A stretch of 64,000 nucleotides of DNA from Salpingoeca rosetta. Taxonomy: Eukaryota; Protista; Choanoflagellata. Made by a program: the position numbers and the translations under genes. The notes below the pieces were generated by a model, which saw only the letters and a list, made by a program, of their open reading frames with translations, had not been told where the DNA came from and did no database searches. Where the stretch lies: the NCBI GenBank assembly GCA_033442325.1, contig JAWQFM010000029.1:648847-712846 (forward strand). The letters are read 5' to 3'. This document shows positions 1 through 32,547 of this stretch, in pieces (within the stretch, counting starts at the first letter, position 1; each line of letters starts with the position of its first letter).

Positions 1-822
1 TCGTGGCATGAGCACATCAGATGAGCAACAATACACGCGAATTCATCAGAACGAACACGCACGCACACGCACGCACACGCACGCACACGCACACAAAGAA
101 CACACAAAGAACACCAAGGCAAGGGGCTCACCGATGGGTGCTGCCAGAAGCGTGAGGGATTGGCTGTGCGTCCCATATGGGTAGACGCGGAGGAAGGAGC
201 AGTTGCGCGCGGAGGAGATGGGGTTGCCACACGACTGGCAAGACACCACAGTCTGTGTGAAGATGGGCTTTAGCAGTGCAGTCATCAAGCGATCGTACCA
301 CCCTTTTCGCGCATGCTGTGGGCCCGAAGCGTTGCGGGGTGCTGCTGGTGCTGCTGATGTGGGCGCTGGCCGCGTTGACGGCGCTGTCGTTTGCTGAGGC
401 TGTACCTGCTGCGGCCCCGATCGCTGCTGTGGCAGCTGCTGTGGCTGTTGCTGAGTCTGCGAGGTGCAGCTTTGGTCTTGCTTTGGGGTGTTTTGGCTCT
501 TCCTTCTACGCCTCTTCTTTTTGCTTGGCTTGCCACCTTGAGACGATGACGATGACGATGACGCTGCCACCACTGAAGACCACCGAAGCTGCTGCAGGCG
601 AGAGTGCGATGGCTGCACTGCAACGCGTATCGACATCAAAGCGCTGCTTTTCGTGCTTCTGCCCTGCATGCGGCTCGTTGTGGACGCCACCCGCGCTGCT
701 GCAGCTGCTGCAGCCGATGGCTGGTGGTGTATGGACCGAGTGCGCAGCACGCGGCCAGCCCCGCGCAACAGCGAACATGCCACGCACACCCCACTACGAC
801 CACTTGACGCACGCACAACCAT
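1..822 (-). CDS. Partial gene (first exon 822-132; continues off the window): Arg/Ser-rich N-terminus, low-complexity linker, then a CxxC segment, possibly a CULT/Yippee-like zinc domain
   Basis: ATG at 822 gives MVVRASSGRSG...KGWYDRLMTALLKPIFTQTVVSCQSCGNPISSARNCSFLRVYPYGTHSQSLTLLAAPI, then a GTGAG donor at 131. The N-terminus lacks acidic residues, like a mitochondrial presequence. Confidence 0.55.
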
Positions 823-957
823 TCCCACCGTGTGTGTGCGTGAAAAAGCGAGCAACGTGGTGCTGCTCTCTCGCGGCAAATGAGGCGATCGTTTACGACA
901 GTATAAAATGTAGCTAACACGGCGGCGGTGGAACGAAACAGAGAAACAGCGCGCGAG

Positions 958-1064
<107 letters not shown>

Positions 1065-1154
1065 CACACACACAGCTTGTCACACATACGCACACAGTTT
1101 GTCACACACACGCACACACACACACACACACACGCACACACAGAGACAGACACG

Positions 1155-8173
<7,019 letters not shown>

Positions 8174-8213
8174 TCACAAATCGCCAACAATCAACACAAG
8201 ACAACAAGACGCA

Positions 8214-8951
8214 ATGGCTTTGGACTTCTCCCAGACGCTGCCTCCAACAGAGAAAGGTGCCTGATGTGCGTGTGTCTGTGTCTGTGTCTGTGTCTGTCTG
8301 CCTGCCTGTGTCTGTATTTGTGTCCCTGCCTCTGCCTTTGACCCTGACCCTGTCTCTACCTCTGTCTCTATCTCTATCTCTGTCTCCGTCTCCGTCTCTG
8401 TGTTTTTCTTTTTCTCAGTCAGTCTCGATGTCCCCGCGCCTGTTTGTGTCTCTGCGCCTTGTTGACCGGTGTTTGGCTGTGCTCGCCACGCATTCCCACA
8501 GACTATGATGAAGAGCCGCCCAAGCGACCAAAGGCTGAAAGCCAATTGAAAGACAACGTTAGCCAATCCGCCGCCAACGTGCCATCGCTGCGGCAAGCAC
8601 CGGTATGCGATGACGACGGGAATGCTTCACAGCCTTGCTCTCCCTCTGTGCTGCCCGTTCCCATGCTGGACACATGGGCTTGTCTGACGTTCCTCGCTTT
8701 CCCTCATTCTTCCCGTCCTCCTCGTGTGACGCTGCAACTGCCATTGTCGCCACCAACGCTTTCTCAGCACCTGCCGACTCGGGATGACTTTCGGGAGGCG
8801 TTTGACCGGCAGCAGCGCCTGTTGCACATGCGCAACAACATCCTTGGCATGACCGCGCACGAGCGACACCAACGGTTCATCAGAGACTATGTCATGTGGT
8901 ATGGTGATGGCCAGGCCTTCCTCGAATCCCAGCGGGTGAGCGTTTGTACGG

Positions 8952-9017
<66 letters not shown>

Positions 9018-9623
9018 ACGGTAATGTGTGTGTATGTGTGTGTATGTGCATGTTGAAATGGCATGTATTCAGACGACAGTTGTGTTGTCTCGCACATCTT
9101 GCTGCCTGTCCTGCTCTGCTCAATGCTGCTTTGAGTGCACGACCCTCAACCCCTGCGCGTGCACGTTGATCATCGTCTGCAGCCGCAAGTTCGAAACGAC
9201 TACGATGTCATCGCTGAGCAGCACCGCTTCGTCTGGGATGACAAGTGAGGGCCCTCTTTGTGGCTGTCTGTGTGTGCCTGTGTGCCTGTGTGTCTGTTTG
9301 TATCTGTGTGTGTATGTGTGTGCCTGTGTGTCTGTTTGTATCTGTGTGTGTATGTGTTTCTCTGTGTGTGTATGTCTCCTTGTCCCTCCCCGCTCTCTCC
9401 CTCTCCCTCTCCCTCTGTCCCTCTCCCTCTGTGTGATTGGTTTCAACGAGTTGAATTACGGTGAAGAAGCGGCTTACGCTGTATTTGCACCGCCCCTCTC
9501 GATTCTTCTGGCCCACGCTCACATGTACATTCACTGGTGGTATCAGGGACACAGAGGAAATGGACTGGGAGAAGCAGCTGGCAAAGCGATATCACGACAA
9601 GCTCTTCAAGGTGGTGGTGGTGG

Positions 9624-9705
<82 letters not shown>

Positions 9706-10915
9706 GCTGCTGCTGCTGTTTGTTGTTGTTTAAGTTGTTGTTGTTGCTGCTACTACAACGACTCTTGTGGTTGTTGTTGGTGTTGTTGCTGCTGTTGTTG
9801 TTGTTGTTGTACATTTGCCGATGTACCGATGCCCGTGCACATAGTACAACGATGCTAACATCTGCAAACGCCACCCCCCCCCCCAACACACGCACATACA
9901 TGCACACATACACACACATACATTCATACACACTTACGCGCCCCTTGGTCAGGAATACTGCTTGGTTGACCTGGCGAGATACAAGACGGGACAGATTGGA
10001 ATGCGGTGGAGAACAGAGGACGAAGTGTTTGCAGGCAAAGGTGTGCTCATGATGCTTGCGTGTGCCTTTGTTTGTTTGCGTATGCCTTGTTTGTTTGGGT
10101 TGCTTGTTTGTAGCACCTCTGTCTATCAATTTTCTCACCCGCGCGCGTGCGCACACACATGTACACAATCACACACACAAACACACCCAACACACCATCA
10201 CAAACATACACACAGGCCAGTTTGAGTGCGGCAGCGTGCGTTGCGATCGGCGGGAGGGGCTGCGCACGTGGCAGGTGCAGTTCAAGTACACGGAGCACGG
10301 CCGCACGCGCCGCGACCTCGTCAAGGTCCGCCTCTGCCCACGGTGCTCAAAACGGTACGCACGCACGTGTGTGTGTAGTGTGGTGTGTGTGCCTATGTGT
10401 GTGTAGTGTGGTGTGTGTGTAGTGTGTGTGTGTCTGTTTATCTGTGTGCTTGCGTTCGTGTGGAAATGTGGCTCTTGCACATGCCCTCGTTCCCAAACCA
10501 TCTCCCACCGCCCTCACCCCCCCCCCCCTTATGCTTGTGTTGCGTGTGGCGGATCACCAGTCTGAACTACAAGCACAAGCACGCGCGTGTGCGAAGCAAT
10601 AAGGAACACAAGCAGACACGAGGCGTTGACGCTGATGACGACGACGACGACGATGGTGGTGGTGGTGGTGGTGATGATGATGGACCTGAGGTGCCTGCTG
10701 ATGTTGGCGAGAAGACAAGCGAAACAACAAGAAGCAGAAACAAACAGAAGCGACACCACACAAAAGCCAGGCATCGCCATGCACCAGAACGACAGGACCA
10801 CAGGGCAAGACAGGCACACTCATCACGTTCATCGTCATCACAACAACGACAGGAACCACCACCACCTCTCGCCACTGATGACGATGTCCTGCGTGCCACT
10901 CTGCTTCCCGAGTGA
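8214..10915 (+). CDS. FRA10AC1: FRA10AC1 homolog (spliceosome-associated protein), multi-exon
   Basis: Exons: MALDFSQTLPPTEK/DYDEEPPKRPK, AHERHQRFIRDYVMWYG, DYDVIAEQHRFVWDD, WEKQLAKRYHDKLFK, EYCLVDLARYKTGQIGMRWRTEDEVFAGK, GQFECGSVRC...TWQVQFKYTEHG...LVKVRLCPRCS, LNYKHK...LLPE*. Confidence 0.92.
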
Positions 10916-11627
10916 TGTGATGTGTGTGATGATGTGACATGACGTGAGAAATGTACACTTGTCGAATGAAAAGTGCGCGTGCGCGCGTGTCTCAAACATG
11001 CATGGCATGCATCGTTGCAAGCTCCAAAACTGGAGGAAAGTGACCTACGCTACCGCCCTTGAAACCATGACCGCAGGCTTTTCACCTGGTACTTGCACAC
11101 ACTTTTGGTTCTGACCAACCCTGTCCATGTGTAACTCATGAAAGGCGCCGCGCGTTTCGGGTGTTATGTCCCAGTTGGCCTAGGCAAATTACTCGAATTC
11201 CCCAGCGATTTCGTATCCGGAGCCGTTAGGGGGCAACAGTGACAGGCAGAGACGTCCCCACCCGCGATAGGCGGGCAGGCAGTGGGTCAGAGGGTGCGGA
11301 GAGAAAGAATGCCACGTGAACGCAGCGATGCAGCAACGTCGCCTCTTCTTCTCCGAGCCCTCGTCATTGGCATTGGGGCCTGCTCCCTCGCTTGCTTGGT
11401 TCGCTTGCTTAGTTCGCTTCTCCGACACCCCAGCTTCCTTATCTCCTCAACAGTGTTTGTCTTGTGTCTTCTCGTTCGTTTGTCCGACCTTTATTTTCTT
11501 GTTCTCCTGCCAGCCACTAGGCCAGCCGACAAGTATAAGAGCATAGCTGACAACGAAACACACACACACACACGTCCACACCTCTTGACAGCTTGAACAC
11601 CCCCCCCCCGCGCGGATATCGAGTGCC

Positions 11628-13004
11628 ATGAGCGCCTCCAACCACTGCCTCCACACCACGCTTAGTGTTGCTGCGGTGCTCCTCGTTGCGTTTGCCGCCT
11701 CGTCCCAAGCCATCGTCAACGACGTCCGTTTCTCCTGGGTGGCGTTGCTGATGGATATGAGTCTGAGGTTGGGAGGAGTTTGGTACTGGTTGGTTGGTGT
11801 GTGTGTGTGTGTGTGTGTGTGTGTTGCTTGTACCTTTACCCTGTCCCTGCCTGTCCTCCTTCCGTACGCACTTGCTCATTCCCCTCACTCCCCCCCCCCC
11901 CTCTCTGTGTCTGCTTCCCTTCCGATTACTGCCACACGCAGGGCATCAACCTGGGAGATGAGCTCACCCTCTCCGAGTTCCTCGCCGAAGCGGTTCGTGA
12001 GGCAGCACTCTTCGAGGCTTCGTGTCTCTTCTGGTTGTGCTGTGTTGTGCGTATTTATGTGGTTGTGGTTCATCTGATCGCATTCCATCAAAGACTCCCT
12101 CCACAAAGCACCTCTCCTTATCCCTCCTACACACACCACCTGATCCAAAGGCTGAATCCACCTTATCACTCACACCAGCACGCTTGCCTATGCCATCCTG
12201 CCGTTGAATTGCCTTGCGCACACGACAGAACCTGGATGGCTGCGCCAACCTGACTGCGTCCTCGGAGGGCTACTACTTCCAAGGCGGCCACGAGACTGGC
12301 GTGCTCCAGGCCCGCTGCGAAGTTGGTGCGTTGGTTGAAGCCAGAGCACAGAAGAGCGCACAGAAGAGCGAGGTGGGAGTCATGCTGTTGGTTGGGTTGC
12401 GTGATAGGCTGAGCGAGAAACACGAAAGCCGTTGCCTGGTAGCTGGCTTGGATGGTGTGTCAGGGGGCACGCCCAGTTCAGTTGTGCAGTTGGCGAGCCG
12501 GCGCCTAGCCTGCTGGCTAGCCATCTGGGTGTGGTCTTGTAGGTCTTGTGGTTGTACCCCTTTCATCGCGATCATCACAACCATCATCACTATCCTCACC
12601 AACACACTGCCCCACCCATGTTACATCCAACCCCACCCACCCGCGTGTGTGTTTACTTTTTGCAGGTGGCGAGTGCATGTGTACCAACTTCAACGAATGC
12701 GACAACGGAAGTACGTTGACCAGTGCGTGTGTGTGTGGGTGTGGGTGTGTGTACTCGTGTGCGTGTGGATATCTTCCGTCTCTGTCTTCCCCCTTTTTCC
12801 ACTCACCACAAAACCACCCTGTCCTCGCCAACTCACGCCCTTCATTGCGCATGTGCATCTTTCCATCTTACAACGCCTGCCAGACTGCCAGAAGATCTTC
12901 CGCTGCAACGATACAGAGACTGAAGGCTGCTTTGCTGTCGCAAACTGCACCCAGGCCACATTTGACACCTACTTTGCTGTGCGTTCCGCGCATTGTGTGT
13001 ATTA

Positions 13005-13036
<32 letters not shown>

Positions 13037-14995
13037 TGTGTATTATGTGTGTGCGCGTGCGTGCGTGCATAGGGGCGTGATATGACACCGTCGTATTGTC
13101 CACATGACTCTGTTATTGTCTCCACGGCACCTTGTTTGCCTGCAAGCACAGCCCATTGAGCCATTGTTGATTAGTTTCTTTATGTTTCCTCGCCGCGTGT
13201 GCCCGTATCTACCCCCCCCGGGCCACATCACGTTGCCTTCCATCAGGTTGAACTTGACTGCTCGCGTGGCGATCCGCTGACAGAGCGCAATGAGGAGGAG
13301 CTCGACTTCTTTGCCATGCGCTGGAAGCAGGCCCTCGAGGACGACTGCGAAATCTCCAGGGTATGTGTGCGCACATGTGTGTGTGTGTGTTGAGTGCGTT
13401 TAGTGCATGTACGTGTGGTTGGATGCTTGCATGCAGACACGCTACACTGCATGCACCGACAGACCAATCCAACCCATTCAACTGCACGTCAGCTTTCGCT
13501 CACCTGTTTCCAACACCCACGCATGCAGCTGTGCCGGTACAAGGGCGACACATCTGCCACGATTGACGTGATCAACGCCACATCGTTCCGCACCAGCGCC
13601 CTCAACAGCGCACATGTCGACGACCTGCTTGTGTGCGCGCAGTCCACAACCTTCCGCTTCAACCGCTGCACCGTCGTGGATGTGCGTGAGGTGGACGCAC
13701 CAACCACCACCACAACTACAACCACAACGACGACGACGACAACGACGACGACGACAACAACCACCACGACCACCACCACAACAACGACAACAACGACAAC
13801 GACAACAACCTCCACGACTACAACTACCCTTCCTCCTTGTGACTACACGTGCGATGACAACGTCTACAGCTGCCTTGGCGCGGTAAGTCACAGCACGTGA
13901 ATGGTTGGGTGCGTGGTGTGGTGTGTGGCCTGTGCTGGCTGCACAGTGCACACCCCAGTTGTGTGCACATTTTGTTCGTGTATGGCATTCACGCACGCAT
14001 GCTCGCACTGCACTCGCACTTACACACACACATGCACACACACTCACTCACTCTCTCACTCACACACACACACACTCTCACACACTCAACACTCATAAAT
14101 AAACCCCCTCCCCCTCACTTCACCACACAAACCAGGCCATGTTTGAGAACAACGTGCGCGACACGTTCTCTGAGTGCGTTGCGTCCTACGAGCACCACAG
14201 CACCTCTGGCCTGGTTGACTTTGGCATCTGCCTCGCAGACTGCGAGCAGGTCATGCCCAGTGACAACTACACCGACGTCAAGGTCATCCTCGCTTGCTAG
14301 TGAGTCGAAACGCCCTGATCGGGTCGAAGCGCAATGCTCAATGCAACTTGTCTGATGTGTTTCTGCGCTTGTGCGTCTATCACGGAGGATTATTGTTCCC
14401 ACTCCTGCGTGCTTGCGTGTGCTCCCGCTCCGCGTTTGCCCCAACCAGTCAACAGTCGCGTTTGAATATCCCATTTCTTGCGTCCCCACTAACCACGAGG
14501 GATGCCAATTGCATTTCCAATGTCGTTCCCAACAGCCGCTCCTGTGCGCTGTCAACGGCGGATATGGATTGCAACGTCACTGCGACAACCACGCCCACGA
14601 CCACGATCACGATCACCACCACAGCCGACTGCACGAACGACGGCTACGAGCCCAACGACAACCCGGAAGGCCCTGGTGCCACCACAGTCACTGCACCCGT
14701 CAACCTCAACGCCACCATCTGCCCAGGCGATGCCGATTGGTACAAGTTTGACGTGTGCGGCGGCGGCAACGCGACCATCAACGCCTACTTTACCCATGCC
14801 GAAGTTGACATTGGGGTTGCAGTGTATGACTCCATTGGATATCCTGCTGATGGCTCTGACGGCAGCACGGACACCGAGTACGTGTTTATCCAGAACGGTG
14901 TCAACGCGACCTACTTCTACGCGGCTTTGGACAGCAACCAAGAGGAGCAGTTTGGCGATTACCAGCTCACCATCTCCGTTGACTGCCCCGCCTAA
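11628..14995 (+). CDS. Secreted Cys-rich glycoprotein with poly-Thr mucin-like stalks and a C-terminal PPC (pre-peptidase C-terminal)-like domain; copy 1
   Basis: Signal peptide MSASNHCLHTTLSVAAVLLVAFAASSQA. About 9 exons with Cys-rich segments and N-x-S/T sites, and a poly-T run at ~13703-13828. The terminal domain reads YEPNDNP...ICPGDADWYKF...EYVFIQN...GDYQLTISVDCPA*. No TM segment seen. Confidence 0.8.
11700..14580 (+). repeat. Left arm of ~2.9-kb inverted duplication (partner ~49130-52068)
   Basis: Exons and introns match the reverse complement of the right arm. The match is near-identical from ~11860-14348 versus ~51860-49353, and many ORF-track translations appear twice on opposite strands. 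Confidence 0.95.
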
Positions 14996-15386
14996 GCGCC
15001 GCTGATGTATTGCACCATCCATGTCTCTTTCTTCCTTTCTTGCTCGTCTGTTTGCTCAACGATGTTACGCTTTTGTCTGGATGCACTGCGATATGTGTCT
15101 GTGGTTGTATTGTTTGCCTGTGCCTACCTTCTGATGTGAATTCATTTCGCACCCATCCCATTCGTTCGTTCGTTCGTTCGTTTGCTTGAACATTACATTC
15201 ATTCAATCGCCATCATCAGAAGAAGAAGAGTGACACACAGTCATGAGCGGGGCAACATGCCAAGAAGTGTAACAGCACAGCAAAGAGGGAAAAGCCGAAA
15301 CAAGGCACCTTGACTGCGTCTCATTCCCCACGTGTGAAAGAGGGATACACATCATGTCACAAACACAGCCTCACGTTAGCGCATGT

Positions 15387-15422
<36 letters not shown>

Positions 15423-15441
15423 GCATATGCATCTACACACT

Positions 15442-27733
<12,292 letters not shown>

Positions 27734-27781
27734 TTCTCTGGAACGAATTTCAAAAAGAAACGAACAACAAGTCGACCGCAG

Positions 27782-28062
27782 ATGCTAGAGGAGAAGAGCG
27801 GCAGTGCCGCATCGGCACAGGTGAGACCAACACGGACGGAATGATAGAAGGATAGAGGGAGAGAGAGAGAGTGCGTGGGACGCGAGTGGGCGGTTGAGGG
27901 CTGAGCAAGTGGTAAGGAGGGTGACACTCAACGTGTCTTGCAGCGCACGCAGCGTGTGTGCGATGGTGACGGTCCAGTGCCACCTTGTTGTCGAGGCACT
28001 GTGCTCGACCACAAATGCGCGCGCTTTTTGACTTCTCACATGTCTACGCCAACACGCGTGTG

Positions 28063-28145
<83 letters not shown>

Positions 28146-30037
28146 ATGCACGATGCAAGGGAGCGGTGCAAAGCAACAACGCCGCTGGGTCCACCTCTCA
28201 AAAGACGAAAACCAAAGGATCTGACATCTTCACAAGCCTGTCGACAAACGAAGTGGGTTATTGTTGCGCCGATGTGCAAGCCTGCAAGCGTGCAAACGTG
28301 TGGCGAGAGAACGAGAGGGCGCGTGTATGGTGATCTGCATGTGTGTGTGTATGTGCATGGCATGCGTTTGCGTGTGTGTGTATGTCTGTGTGGTGCGTGC
28401 TTTCAAGGCCCAAAGCATCATCAACGCCCATTTGGCACCAAAATGTCTACGTGCACAGCATCCATAACATCTCACTTTGTGGGCACCTGCTGTGTATCTT
28501 TTCCTTCTCCTTCTCCTTCTTCCTCCTTGCTTTCAGGCTTGCGTTCTTGCGCGCGCAAGTTTGCAAGCAGCAACAGACGAGTACAAGAACATTTTAGAGG
28601 GCACGCAGCCAGCCACCGGTCAACAACACGACACCTACGCCGAGAGGATCCGAGCAATGGCCGGCAAGCATGGGATCGAAAACATCGGCACGCCTTGTGA
28701 CGAACCTCCAAAGAAAAATGGAGCACAGGGAGCACAGCAATACGTCGAGAGCATGCTGAAGCAGCCCTTCACGGACAACATCAAGACACTGCTTCAGGAT
28801 ATCCGCAGTGTGGTGAGCAACAAGAAGCAGATGCCGTTGGACGACGTGAAAAGCATCCTTGAGAAGCTTGACAACGTCACGCGCAAAGGGCTGTCCGAAG
28901 AACAGCGGCAGTTTCGACGCGGTACGCCTGTCTCACTCTGTCTTAGTGTCTTGCATGTGTGTGTGTGTGTGTGTGTGTGTTGCTTGCGCATGCGTCTCCG
29001 TGTGTGTGTGCATGAGTGTTGTGCTGCTGTTAGTTTTGTTGCGAGCGTCTTGCTTGCTGGCTGCCGCGCTGCTGGCATACTGGACTCATCCTGGCTGTTT
29101 TGTGTTGTTCGTGGCAGATTTGGAGTCAAGCGTCACCCCCAGCAGCGCTGCCGAAGAGAGGAAGAAGGACGCGGACTCGGCCCACAGAACAGTCTATGCG
29201 CAGCCGTTCTCTGCCGAGCTTCTCTGCCCGGACTGGCACATGCACAACGAGGGGTTTCAAGAGGCAATCAACAAGGACATAAGCGCAGGTAAGGTCATTG
29301 TCGAGCATGCGCTTGCTTGCTGTGTGCACGTGTACGTATGAGCGTCCTTTTTGTGAGAGCACGTGGCATGTGTGTCGGTGCTGATGAATGGCCGTTAAGT
29401 CTTCGACACTCGTTTGTACGCGTGAAAGACGTGTTTGTGCTTGTGAGAGCGCTTGTGCATCGTGTATGCATGCATGTACGTGCGTGTACGCGAAGCCTGA
29501 AGGGGCATCTCTCACACACCAACGCTGCGCTGACTGCCTGCAGACTTTGCTGATGCCTTTTGCACGCCAGAGGCGCGGTTCAATGACAGCATGCAAGAGC
29601 CCCTGATCAAGGCGTGTGCTGACGCAGCAGTGCACGTCAAGAGCCACGCGTCGTTCGAGGCCGACCCCGCTGTTCAAGCGGACTATGTTGCGCGTCTTAT
29701 CTCGAACCTTGACTTCTATCCGCTGTTGCTTGAGCTCAAGACTGATAACAGCAAGCAGACGCAGGATGCTGCCAAGGCGCAGGTGCTGGAGTATGCGTCA
29801 CGGGCCATCAAGTCTGCGGGGCCGAAGTGGCGTGACTTGAAGGGGTATTTGTTCCCCTTTGCCATCACCGTCTGCGGGAAGAAGGTGTCCGTGTACGCGT
29901 GCACGCTGGGCGATGAGGTGCACGGCGACGAGGTGTTTCCCAGTGTCCTTTACACAAAACTTGGCGACACCACAGTGAGTTGCCATCGCATATGCCAAAT
30001 AGTGCTGGAGGGTGTTTGCATTTTGTGTGTGCATGTA

Positions 30038-30085
<48 letters not shown>

Positions 30086-30456
30086 TGTGTGTGTGTGTGT
30101 GTCACATGTACCCGCACATGCATCTGTGCTGTTGCTGTTGTTGTTGTTGGTGCACGTGGGCCAGTGCATGCCGTCGTGCGTGCTTGGACATGGCGCTCAC
30201 ATTTTGGATTTCTTTGCTGTGGGGTTCAGCTGAGCAAGCTTGGGCATGTGATTGAGTGGCTGGTCGACAAAGAGCACATGGCGCAGTACGAGAAGGTTTC
30301 CGCCATTGCCCAGGTAGCCGTTATAGGCGTGATGTCGTGCCCTCTAGCTCTCTTGCCCTCTTGCTCGCTTGCAACACATTCATCACATCACACATGTCCT
30401 GTGCACGTGTGTATGTGTCTTCTTTCTTCCGTTCAACAGCAATTAACGATGCCACT

Positions 30457-30510
<54 letters not shown>

Positions 30511-31777
30511 GACACAGGGCCGCCTCTCCACCCTTGAGGAGCACCCTAACGAGAATGGCAGCGACAAGGAAGAAGCAGCCCAGTTAGAGTCCCCGCCGCC
30601 GCAGCAGCAGCCGCAGCACGCACAGGCACCAGGCACAAAGACAGCCACAGGCAAAACCAAGCCCAAGCCCAAAACCCCAAGAAAGCAGCAGCAGCGTCAG
30701 CGTCAGCGTCAGGAGGCAAAGGGAGACGGGCCCGTGACTCGCAGTGTCTCCAGGGTGTCACAAACACGCGGCACCGGGCGTTCTGATTCGGGCAAGAAGA
30801 AGGCCCGCCCATCCACAGCACAGCGGCGTCAGCAGGCAGGCCGAAGCAGGAGCCCAACGCCGCCTCAGCGGCAGCGGCAGCGGCAGCAGCAGCATGCACA
30901 GGCAGCAGGTTCCCCCACCACACCAGCAATAGTGCCCAAGCACACCAAGGCAGCCACGCAGACCGACACAGCAGACAGCGGCGAGGAGGAGCAGCGTCAG
31001 CAGCTTGCGGTCACCAAAGCAGCACGGGAAAGGTTTGCCAAAGTTGCCAGGAGATACGAGATACGCGTCTACAAAGGCGGCAAGAAGACTGTGTCGGTTG
31101 CACTGGTGAACGGCGAGGTGTTGAAGGTGTGCGGCGGCCACGAGATTGGCGCTGCCAAGGAGGCTAGCAACGAACGGAAGGGCTGGGAACTCGTCTATCC
31201 AGAGGAAACGGTGAAAGTGCACGAGCGGTCACGCCCCGTGTTTGCCTGTCCCGACCTATCGAAGCGTATGACGGGCACGGGCATCAACGGTGAGCCGGCG
31301 CTTGAGGACACGGATGCAGATTCCAAGGGTACGGGCATCGGTAGCCAGGAAGCGCTTGAGGCTGCGGCTGAACACCTCCTCATTTTGTCGAAGAACGATC
31401 TGTGTCACTGCGACATGCGCTCGCACAACATCCTGCCCAACGGCTGCATCGTCGACTTTGGTTTCCTCAGTGGCCCTAAAAAGAAGAAGCTTCCTCGTTC
31501 CTATTCCACAGCGCTGCGGGAGCGCCCTCGGCGTGTGCTGCATGGCGACGCACGAACCATAACTATGGACGTGGTTCTGGACTGGGAATCGCTGCTGTTT
31601 GCGTACGTGTTCTCGCCCGACTCTGTCTCCACAGCCATGCTTCAACTGCTTGAGGGCAAGGCTTTCCTGCTGGAGTGGCTTGACGCCAAGCTGGCCAAGC
31701 TGGACAAGGACGACGAAAAGGAGACAGCAGCGCTGCTGCACAAGATTATGGAACACGTTGCGCGTGCGTACTTCTGA
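27782..31777 (+). CDS. Crinkler/RHS-type effector-like protein: PD-(D/E)xK restriction-endonuclease-fold domain, disordered basic linker and atypical protein kinase
   Basis: Probable exon 1 is MLEEKSGSAASAQ followed by a gtgag donor. The REase-like motif QADYVAR...PLLLELKTD...AAKAQVLEYA is at ~29675-29800. The last exon has kinase motifs VLKV, NE, HCDMRSHNIL (~31406-31435), IVDFG and DWESL. The 5' exons are tentative. Confidence 0.75.
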
Positions 31778-32196
31778 TCGCGACGAGACGTGTGGTTTGC
31801 ATGGTATGCTCCATGGACCTCTACTTTGTTCTGTTTGTGTGAGTGTGTTGTGGTGATGGTGGTGGTGGTGGTGGTGGTAGCTGTGGTGTGTGCATGCGGG
31901 GTGTGTGCAAGAGAGTGAGTGCCAGACAGCCAGAGAGGCAGTCAGAGAGACAGTCAGAGACAGAGAGAGAGAGAGCGCGCGTTTGCGTGTTTGTGTGTTC
32001 TCATCGTTTGATGTGCGGGGGCATGCGTGTGTCTGTGCGTGTGCATGATGCGTGTGTTGCGGTTCTAGCTAGTGATGAGGATGATGATGGTTGTTTTCTT
32101 CTCTTCACTCCTTCAGAGTGGCCCTCGAGAGAGCAGTCGTGTTATGTGTGAATTGTAATGAATAACATTAAATCAGGTCCGGCTACAATCAGCCCC

Positions 32197-32319
<123 letters not shown>

Positions 32320-32547
32320 CCATCAGCACGCTGTCTGGCTCGACAACACCATAAAATGCACTGTGCACATTGTAGATTATTATTTAAAGATATTTTCAAT
32401 TTATCCAGATTGCCTCGTTTTTGCTTTGACAGCAGCAGCAGGAGCATGCTTCTTCGTTCAGTGGCTGTTTTGTTGTTGTTGGCGTCATTCACGCACAAAC
32501 CAACCCTCTGTCTCTGTTAGCTCATCCATCAGCATCAGCGCAGCACC

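Noticed and set aside
10920-11620. Microsatellite-poor intergenic stretch as ncRNA or transposon fragment
   Set aside because: No tRNA/rRNA/snRNA motif, terminal repeat or credible ORF was recognised; it is probably the promoter region of copy 1.
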